From Bacteroidaceae bacterium (GTDB lineage: Bacteria; Bacteroidota; Bacteroidia; Bacteroidales; Bacteroidaceae), in the NCBI GenBank assembly GCA_017444005.1, contig JAFSXQ010000262.1:1-39487 (forward strand): 39,487 bases of DNA, written 5' to 3'. The notes beneath the pieces are model-generated. The model searched no databases, was not told the origin of the DNA, and saw nothing but the letters and a program-made list of their open reading frames with translations. Below, piece after piece: positions 33,353 to 39,487 of the stretch. Made by a program: the position numbers and the translations under genes. Position 1 is the stretch's first letter. Every line of letters starts with the position of its first letter.

Positions 33353-33426
33353 CAAGTTCTTCTGCTCTTTTCCTGCCGTTTTCTCTCAAAAGCGGTTAAA
33401 TTTTTATCTCTTTCCGAAGATTCTTT
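33353..33426 (+). repeat. copy 1 of a ~74-bp direct repeat (upstream module of the DUF3800 gene)
   Basis: CAAGTTCTTCTGCTCTTTTCCTGCCGTTTTCTCTCAAAAGCGGTTAAATTTTTATCTCTTTCCGAAGATTCTTT aligns without gaps to 34369-34442 at about 89% identity by hand. A TAnnTTTG box (TACTTTTG, 33460-33467) follows 34 bp later. Confidence 0.85.
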
Positions 33427-33484
33427 GTGATTCGTTAATGCAATCTGCTAAGAATTGTGTACTTTTGCAACTCAATATCACAGA

Positions 33485-34255
33485 ATGGTAATGGACGCTG
33501 AAATGACAAATTGTTATCATTTGTACATAGACGAGTGCGGAGATCAAAATTTGGAAACGTTCAGTCCTACGTTTCCCATCTTCACACTTTGCGGCATCCT
33601 CGTGCGAGATGACAAAGTTTCACTATTGGAAGAACAGGTGCGAACGTTGAAGCAAGAGTTCTGGGGCGACCGTCAAATCATTCTTCACTCACGCGACATC
33701 CGCAAGTGTCAGAACGGCTTTGAAATACTGTTCGACCTCGATGTGAAGCGCCGTTTCTATGAGGCTGTCAACCGCCTGCTCGGTCAGAAAGACGTTTATG
33801 TCATCGTTTGTTGTTCTATTCTGAAAGAACCCTATATCCGGCAGTTCGGCAAGTTGAACGATGTCTATGGTCAGTCACTCTCGTTTGTACTGGAACGTGC
33901 CATTTTCTGTGTCGACAACCAATGCCAGGACGAAAGCGGAAGAATTTCTGCCATTGTAGAACGCAGAGGCAAACGCGAAGACAGAAACCTTAAAAACTAC
34001 TACGGACAACTAATAGAGAAAGGCACCTACTGGGTAACAGCAGAACGCATGAAGAACCGCATGACATGCCTTGACTTCAAATGGAAAAACGAAGACATTG
34101 CAGGCCTGCAGGTTGCGGACCTGATAGCCTATCCGCTGACTCGCCATGTATTGAATCCGCAGAGTGTTAACCTGGCCTATGACGTTCTGGAACCCAATAT
34201 TTTCATGGAGAATGGCAAGTTGATGGGACTCAAGGTCTATCCTCACCAGCCATAA
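33485..34255 (+). CDS. DUF3800 domain-containing protein
   Basis: ...CYHLYIDECGD near the N-terminus is the hallmark DUF3800 motif (hhhDExG), and the conserved LQVADLIAYP lies near the C-terminus. The ORF-track start (TTG at 33455) overlaps the -7 box, so ATG at 33485 (or 33503) is more plausible. Confidence 0.8.
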   Translation: MVMDAEMTNCYHLYIDECGDQNLETFSPTFPIFTLCGILVRDDKVSLLEEQVRTLKQEFWGDRQIILHSRDIRKCQNGFEILFDLDVKRRFYEAVNRLLGQKDVYVIVCCSILKEPYIRQFGKLNDVYGQSLSFVLERAIFCVDNQCQDESGRISAIVERRGKREDRNLKNYYGQLIEKGTYWVTAERMKNRMTCLDFKWKNEDIAGLQVADLIAYPLTRHVLNPQSVNLAYDVLEPNIFMENGKLMGLKVYPHQP

Positions 34256-34368
34256 AAAAGAGTCGCCACGAACCTGGCAACTCTTCCGATCGGGGACACC
34301 CCAATCCCGTAAATGAACTTGCGTCCATTGTTCTAGGTGCAAAGATAGGAATTATTTCTGAATCAACC

Positions 34369-34442
34369 AAGTTTTTCTGCTCTTTTCCTGCCATTTCCTC
34401 TCAAATACGGTTAAATCATTATCTCTTTTCGAAGATTATTAG
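34369..34442 (+). repeat. copy 2 of the ~74-bp direct repeat (upstream module of the DUF1016 remnant)
   Basis: See copy 1. It is followed 32 bp later by TATATTTG (34474-34481), a TAnnTTTG box at the same spacing as in copy 1. Confidence 0.85.
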
Positions 34443-34566
34443 GAAAGGATAGTCGCTTCTGTTGATTTTTATGTATATTTGCGACAAAATAATCGAATTC
34501 GTATGTCGAACAATTCCCGCTGGCGCGCCAACAAGGTGACCACAACCTGAGTATTTAATGTAACGC

Positions 34567-35152
34567 ATGATAAAACTTATGGAAGAACAAAATACCAGCA
34601 AAGTGTTAACACAAGAACTGCAAAGTGCAGTTAAGACCATCAAGGCTGCCATCTTGCAAAGTCAGGCTCGTGCCGCACAGATAATCAATGGCGAGCAACT
34701 GTCGCTCTACTATGGCATCGGTCGCTATATCTCGGATCATTCGCGGGAAGGCTATTGGGGCACGGGCGCCATTGCCAGAATCAGCAAACAACTGAAATCC
34801 GAACTGCCAGGTTTGAAAGGCTTTTCGGAGGAAAATATCAAGTTGATGCGCCGTTTCTATGAGACTTGGAAAGATATTGAAGCAAAATCGGTAGTCGGAA
34901 CTACCGAAATGGCCAAAACCGCAGTTCCTCAGATTGTTACAAATTCGGTAGACGCGTCTACCGAATTGCAAATACGCGATGTAGATCCTGATTCTGTGTG
35001 TCAGTTGCAGTTGACCAGTGATGACCGTTTCCCTATCACAGCCTTTCTAAACATATCATTCTCGCATCACATGGCCATATGTTGACGATGTCCTCCAAGA
35101 CTACCTGTTGCCGCCAGAGGAAGAAATGAAACGACTGATGCCGGAAGAATAA
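34567..35152 (+). pseudogene. DUF1016 / YhcG-family (PDDEXK nuclease) gene remnant with the nuclease core deleted
   Basis: The first 172 aa match the DUF1016 N-terminal domain (QLSLYYGIGRYI, YWGTGAIARISKQLKSELPGLKGFSEENIKLMRRFYETW, ISFSHHMAI). The frame then stops at 35083-35085. A +1-frame tail (35081-35152, VDDVLQDYLLPPEEEMKRLMPEE*) looks like the family's extreme C-terminus. The ~200 aa of PD-(D/E)XK core normally found between them are absent. Confidence 0.6.
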
Positions 35153-35432
35153 TCGAAGAAATAACTCGGACTGGAAGCAGACAACCGTCTGAAACGCGCT
35201 TTGTCGGTTTGCCAGAACATAGAAAAGCACATTCGATACAAGTACCCTAATTAATGGGGGCTGCAGTCCAACTCCGCCGCATGGGTTATCACATGGAAAA
35301 AATGAACTGATATGGGAACATACAGCAATAGTGGGAATCACAGGGACAAGAACTTTGAGGAACTGGCTGAACGCTAGGTGCTATTGCTGAAACTGGTGGC
35401 TATAAAGGAAATTGCCTATGGTCGCTTTGCTC

Positions 35433-36194
35433 TCACTGCTCCATCCACTCAAAATGCTGATAGTCCTTGCGCGATGTCCAGTCGCCGCCCCATCGGAAGC
35501 CGGCTTGGGTGAAGAGGCGATAGCAAAGGTCCCGGTGGTCAATTTTGTAGGGGAAGTTCCATGTGCGGTCGCAATACTTGGCGGCGGTGACGGGTTGGAC
35601 AAAGCGGGTGCCGTCGGGGCGGACCTTGCAGTAGGGGTTGTAGAGCGTGTTGATGTCGACGGCCAGGCCGCGAGCATGCTTCGACAGGCGGGTGCTGCCG
35701 GCCACCGGGCGATAGCAGAAGCACGACGAGTTGTTGTCGCGCATCTGGGTCTCGTCGTTGGCGTCATAGACGTCGGGCAGGAGCATGCGCTGGATGGGGT
35801 ACTTGGCATCGTAGAGTTGGCGCAGAATCCGGACCAGGCGGTCGGCAATCCGTTTGTTGCATACCATCTCGCCGATGTGTATCCGGTTGTCGTAGTCCCA
35901 GTGCAAGGCACGGATGTGGCGCAGGTCGCCGCGCCCGATGTAGGGGTTCTCCCTGTAGGTCTTACCTTGCATCCGTGCCCAGACGCCGTCGGGGACGGGC
36001 TCGGCGGCGAAGCACTTGTCCAGTCCGCCAAAGGCATCGACGGCCTCCTGACTGACCGTCTGTCCGGCCTGCCAGTTGACGAGTGCCGATATGTCGGTCT
36101 GCAGGGCTTCCTCATTCGCAGGACAGAACGGCCGTACCGCTACGCCGTAAAGCGATAGGATGACGGCAAGCATCCACTTCAGTTTCTTCTTCAT
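35433..36194 (-). CDS. M15-family zinc metallopeptidase (VanY / D-Ala-D-Ala carboxypeptidase-like), exported
   Basis: 253 aa with a signal peptide (MKKKLKWMLAVILSLYGVAV). Metal-binding motifs: SKHARGLAVDIN (SxHxxGxAxD) and a C-terminal DYQHFEW. Confidence 0.85.
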   Translation of the reverse strand: MKKKLKWMLAVILSLYGVAVRPFCPANEEALQTDISALVNWQAGQTVSQEAVDAFGGLDKCFAAEPVPDGVWARMQGKTYRENPYIGRGDLRHIRALHWDYDNRIHIGEMVCNKRIADRLVRILRQLYDAKYPIQRMLLPDVYDANDETQMRDNNSSCFCYRPVAGSTRLSKHARGLAVDINTLYNPYCKVRPDGTRFVQPVTAAKYCDRTWNFPYKIDHRDLCYRLFTQAGFRWGGDWTSRKDYQHFEWMEQ

Positions 36195-36206
36195 ACTGCT
36201 GATAGT

Positions 36207-36779
36207 TCACGAACAGATACTGTAGACATAGCGGTCGGCGGGCCCAGTCACGGTGACGAGCCCTGAAGAACGACCGTCGAGAACGTGCTTCATGTCGGTG
36301 GAAATACCGTTTCCGGAGCATTTCACCACGGCCTCCTTCTGCGTCCAGAGGCGGATGAACTCCAGTTCGGGACGGGGGGCGCGGAGGATGATGCGGCGCT
36401 CCTCGTCGTTCATCGTGTAGGCAACGAGCGACTCCTTGACCGCACGGAGGCACTCGATGTCCACGCCCACCGGGCGGTCGCTGAGCACGCAGATGGCGGC
36501 CTCGCGGCAGTGGCTCAGGCTGAAGTGGATGTCGGGATGGTCCAGCAGGAAGGGTTTGCCGTGTTCGCCGTACCCAAACACGGGCGGCTCGCTGATGCCA
36601 TATTCGTCGCGAAGGCCCTTACACAGAAGAAGATAGGCACAGGCACACAACTTCCGCCCCAGTTCGCGGCGGAACTTGAGTGTCTGAGCCCGGCGCTGCT
36701 CGGAGAGCAACGGCAGGGAAGCGGCGAGATTGAACCCGGCTATGTCATCGTCCAGATATACCACAGAACCACGTTTCAT
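36207..36779 (-). CDS. Sfp-type 4'-phosphopantetheinyl transferase
   Basis: Motifs: GEHGKPFL, HFSLSHCREA, VGVDIE, WTQKEAVVKCSG. The ORF-track start at 36803 lies on a TACTTTTG -7-like box (36793-36800), so ATG at 36779 (MKRGSVVYL) is preferred. Confidence 0.85.
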   Translation of the reverse strand: MKRGSVVYLDDDIAGFNLAASLPLLSEQRRAQTLKFRRELGRKLCACAYLLLCKGLRDEYGISEPPVFGYGEHGKPFLLDHPDIHFSLSHCREAAICVLSDRPVGVDIECLRAVKESLVAYTMNDEERRIILRAPRPELEFIRLWTQKEAVVKCSGNGISTDMKHVLDGRSSGLVTVTGPADRYVYSICS

Positions 36780-36873
36780 GCGTTTCACGCCACAAAAGTA
36801 CAAAAAAAAGTTCGCACCGCAAAGGGACGGAAAAAAATCTGTTGCCGAGGGAGCCGTATGTGAAATAAAAATT

Positions 36874-36881
36874 GTAAATTT
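36874..36881 (+). promoter_or_regulatory. candidate -7 promoter box (TAAATTTG) for the helicase gene
   Basis: TAAATTTG lies on the plus strand, with 23 nt separating it from the ATG at 36905. Confidence 0.35.
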
Positions 36882-36904
36882 GCCGTTGAAACATGCATTT
36901 GCAG

Positions 36905-39487
36905 ATGAAGTCGCGATTCCTATTGTTCAAGGCATCGGCGGGGTCGGGCAAGACGTACAACCTGGCCCTGCAGTACATCGCTGCCCTGCTGGCGGGGGGC
37001 GAGGGCGAATTCCGCCACACGCTGGCCGTGACCTTCACCAACAAGGCGACGTCGGAGATGAAGGAAAGAATCCTGAACTTCCTGCACGACTTCTGGAAAG
37101 GGACGGGCAACCCGAAGGACTTCGAAAACCTGAAGCGGCTGCTCGACAAAGACTACCGCCTCAACGCCCCCGACGAGGAACTGCGCGAGCGGTGCCACCG
37201 TGCCCTGCGGGCCATCCTGCACGACTACAGCCGCTTCAGCGTATCGACCATCGATGCCTTCTTCCAGACCGTGCTGCGCAACATGGCCCACGAACTGGGA
37301 CTGAACGCCCGGCTGCAGGTGGACCTGGACGACAAGGACATCATCGAACGGGCGGTAGACGAACTGATTGAGCGGAACACCGTGCACGACTACCTGACGC
37401 AGTACATCGAGCAACAACTGGCCGAAGGCCGCCCCTGGGACGTCAGGAGAGAACTGAAGCAGATGGCGCGCCTGCTCTTCCAGGAAGCCTTCCTGAAGCG
37501 CACGCTGGACGAGCGCAACCGCCCCTTCGACCAGAAGAGCATCGCCGACTTCCGTCGGGTACTGGAGAGCGAGAAGCGAAGCCTCACGGAGCCCGTGAAG
37601 ACCCTGGCCGGGGAATGGGAAGCCACAATGCAACGCACGGGCATGGACTACGAGACGCTGTGCAACTACGCCGCCCACGTGCGCCGGTACGTCGAAGGCA
37701 TGAAGGCGGGACTGCTGGAGACGAACTTCAACTCGTACCTGGCAGCGATGGCCGGCGACCCGGAGAAACTGCTGAAGAGTGCCCTGCGCCGCGATGCCTC
37801 GTTGCGCCCCGTGGCCGAAACGCTGTCCGGCATGCTGGCCCGTCTGAACGAAGCACAGCAAAGGGCCCTGCGCAGCGTCACAAGCATCGACCTGGCCCTG
37901 GCCAACCTCACCCCGATGGGCCTGCTGGGAGCCATCGACGCAGAGGTGAGCCGTCTGTCGAACGAGCGCAACCGCTTCATGCTGGCCCGAACCCCCATCA
38001 TGCTGAAGCGCATGATTGGCGACGACGACACGCCGTTCATCTTCGAACGCATCGGCACGCGCTACCACAACATCATGATCGACGAGTTCCAGGACACCAG
38101 CCAACTGCAGTGGGAGAACTTCCGCACGCTACTGCTAGACAACCTGGCCACGGGCGGACTGAGCATGGTGGTGGGCGACATCAAGCAGAGCATCTACCGC
38201 TGGCGCAACGGCGACTGGCACATCCTGCACCAACTGGAACAGCAGGGCTATCGCGGCACGCCCTTGCAGAAGAAGGAACTGCGAAAGAACTTCCGCAGCC
38301 TGGGGAAAATTGTTACATTCAACAACCGCCTCTTCCCCCTTGCGGCCACCGAACTGGACCGACTGGGCAAAGGAGCCGACGCACGCCTCAGCGACCTGTA
38401 CGCCGACGTACAACAGGACGTGGTGCGGCCCGAAGAACAGGGTTTCGTGCGCATCCGGCTCTGCCACACCACCGACCGCGAGGTGATGGCCGAGTGGGAG
38501 GAAACAATGCTGGCCGACCTGTGCCGGCAAGTGGCCGACCTGCACCAGCGAGGCATCCCCTACAGCGAAATGACCATACTGGTGCGCAAGAACCGCTACA
38601 TCGAGCCCACCATCGCCTACTTTGCCCAGCACATGCCCGAGGTGCAACTGGTCTCGAACGAGGCCTTCCTGCTGGGGGCGTCGGTGGCCGTCGGGATGCT
38701 GATGTGCGCCCTGCAGATGGTGGACGACGTGGAGCGCGACCCCGTGGCCGTGCGCTACCTGATGAAGCATTACGTGCGCGAGGTGCTCCACCGGGGCGAT
38801 GCCGCCGAGAACGACTACATGCTGACCAACCCCGACGAGGTACTGCCCGAGGCCTTCATCCGGCACCTCGACGAACTGCGCCGCCTGCCGCTCTACGAAC
38901 TGTGCGAGACGCTCTACCGCCTGCTGCGCCTGCAGGAAATCGACCGCCAGGAGGCCTACCTGTTCGCCTTCTTCGACGAACTCTCCGCCTATCTGCACGA
39001 CAACCCCTCGGACATCCCCACCTTCGTCCAGTACTGGACTGACACCATGCAACGCAAGGCCATACCCGGCGGCGATGCCGAGGGGATACGCATCTACTCG
39101 ATACACAAGTCGAAGGGCCTGGCCTTCCACACCGTGCTGATGCCCTACGCCGAGTGGGACATCGAGAAAGACCGCAACGACGCGCTCTACTGGTGCAGTC
39201 CGCAAGAGGAGCCGCTCAACACGATGGGGTCGTTACCTATTAAATATACTACGCGTGTGCGCGAGAGTGCCTTTGCCGACAACTACCTGACGGAACATGC
39301 CGACCGGCGGGCCGATGAACTGAATGGCCTGTACGTGGCCTTCACGCGTGCCAAGGCCAACCTCTACGTCTGGGGACTGAGCCACGAGGAACTGCAGCCC
39401 GACAACTATAACATCACCATTGCCGACCTCATGCACCGCTGCCTGCCCAGCGTCGAGGGCATCGCCAGCCAGACCGACGACGACGCG
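36905..39487 (+). CDS. UvrD/Rep-superfamily helicase, AddA/RecB-like (partial; continues beyond the right window edge)
   Basis: Not in the ORF track because it has no stop in the window. Frame 2 from ATG 36905 reads MKSRFLLFKASAGSGKTYNLALQYIAALL...LAVTFTNKATSEMKERI (motifs I/Ia). In the same frame, YHNIMIDEFQDTSQLQW (motif II) lies at about 38060-38110 and IYSIHKSKGLAFHTVLMP (motif VI region) at about 39092-39145. The reading frame is in phase at the last base. Confidence 0.9.
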   Translation, partial: MKSRFLLFKASAGSGKTYNLALQYIAALLAGGEGEFRHTLAVTFTNKATSEMKERILNFLHDFWKGTGNPKDFENLKRLLDKDYRLNAPDEELRERCHRALRAILHDYSRFSVSTIDAFFQTVLRNMAHELGLNARLQVDLDDKDIIERAVDELIERNTVHDYLTQYIEQQLAEGRPWDVRRELKQMARLLFQEAFLKRTLDERNRPFDQKSIADFRRVLESEKRSLTEPVKTLAGEWEATMQRTGMDYETLCNYAAHVRRYVEGMKAGLLETNFNSYLAAMAGDPEKLLKSALRRDASLRPVAETLSGMLARLNEAQQRALRSVTSIDLALANLTPMGLLGAIDAEVSRLSNERNRFMLARTPIMLKRMIGDDDTPFIFERIGTRYHNIMIDEFQDTSQLQWENFRTLLLDNLATGGLSMVVGDIKQSIYRWRNGDWHILHQLEQQGYRGTPLQKKELRKNFRSLGKIVTFNNRLFPLAATELDRLGKGADARLSDLYADVQQDVVRPEEQGFVRIRLCHTTDREVMAEWEETMLADLCRQVADLHQRGIPYSEMTILVRKNRYIEPTIAYFAQHMPEVQLVSNEAFLLGASVAVGMLMCALQMVDDVERDPVAVRYLMKHYVREVLHRGDAAENDYMLTNPDEVLPEAFIRHLDELRRLPLYELCETLYRLLRLQEIDRQEAYLFAFFDELSAYLHDNPSDIPTFVQYWTDTMQRKAIPGGDAEGIRIYSIHKSKGLAFHTVLMPYAEWDIEKDRNDALYWCSPQEEPLNTMGSLPIKYTTRVRESAFADNYLTEHADRRADELNGLYVAFTRAKANLYVWGLSHEELQPDNYNITIADLMHRCLPSVEGIASQTDDDA

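Noticed and set aside
33120-33389. 89-aa minus-strand ORF between panB and the DUF3800 gene.
   Set aside because: It starts inside the 74-bp repeat module, overlaps the panB promoter region, and has no motifs or plausible start context.
36207-36779. Sfp-type PPTase considered as a marker of a hidden NRPS/PKS or secondary-metabolite cluster.
   Set aside because: There is no carrier-protein, NRPS, PKS or fatty-acid-modifying gene in the window. Its only operon partner is an M15 peptidase, so nothing supports a cluster claim here.
36920-39205. 394-aa and 356-aa minus-strand ORFs and a 475-aa plus-strand ORF (37615-39042).
   Set aside because: They overlap the frame-2 UvrD/AddA-like CDS, which shows canonical helicase motifs. 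Their own translations are Arg/Pro/Gly/Ala-rich with no motifs.
1-39487. Scan for CRISPR arrays, rRNA or tRNA genes, integrases or transposases and terminal inverted repeats of IS elements.
   Set aside because: None was recognised by eye. The only regularly spaced repeat (32128-32232) has 23-bp units with no unique spacers and so is not CRISPR-like. Absence of small RNAs cannot be proven without covariance-model searches.

Overview
This 39.5-kb window looks like chromosomal DNA from a Bacteroidota genome, probably a GC-rich, Prevotella-like Bacteroidales. The basis is SusC/SusD pairs, TAnnTTTG -7 promoter boxes and lipoprotein signals with an acidic +2 to +4 region; I cannot assign a species. 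Nearly all genes are on the minus strand.

Layout, left to right:
- (a) A mobile-element-like remnant: a VirE/VapE-type primase-helicase plus an HU-like DNA-binding protein, surrounded by dense repeats.
- (b) A nine-gene minus-strand operon (13810 down to 3475). It encodes a small polytopic membrane protein, a 1031-aa tubulin/FtsZ-superfamily GTPase, a Zn-ribbon/TM/coiled-coil protein, and six signal-peptide proteins. One of the six is a PEGA + FGE-like protein that lacks the FGE catalytic cysteines. This is the most unusual content of the window.
- (c) A 17.7-kb PUL-like operon with two SusC/SusD pairs and three FAS1 (fasciclin) lipoproteins, but no glycoside hydrolase or regulator.
- (d) A long intergenic region holding a 23-bp-periodic array of a 13-bp palindrome.
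- (e) panB.
- (f) A low-GC islet with DUF3800 and a decayed DUF1016 gene, each preceded by the same ~74-bp module.
- (g) A Sfp-type PPTase and an M15 peptidase.
- (h) A UvrD/AddA-like helicase gene that runs off the right edge and is missing from the supplied ORF track.

I saw no rRNA, tRNA, CRISPR array, transposase or integrase. Many long ORFs in the track are antisense shadow ORFs of GC-rich genes. All family calls come from motif recognition by eye; no searches were run.
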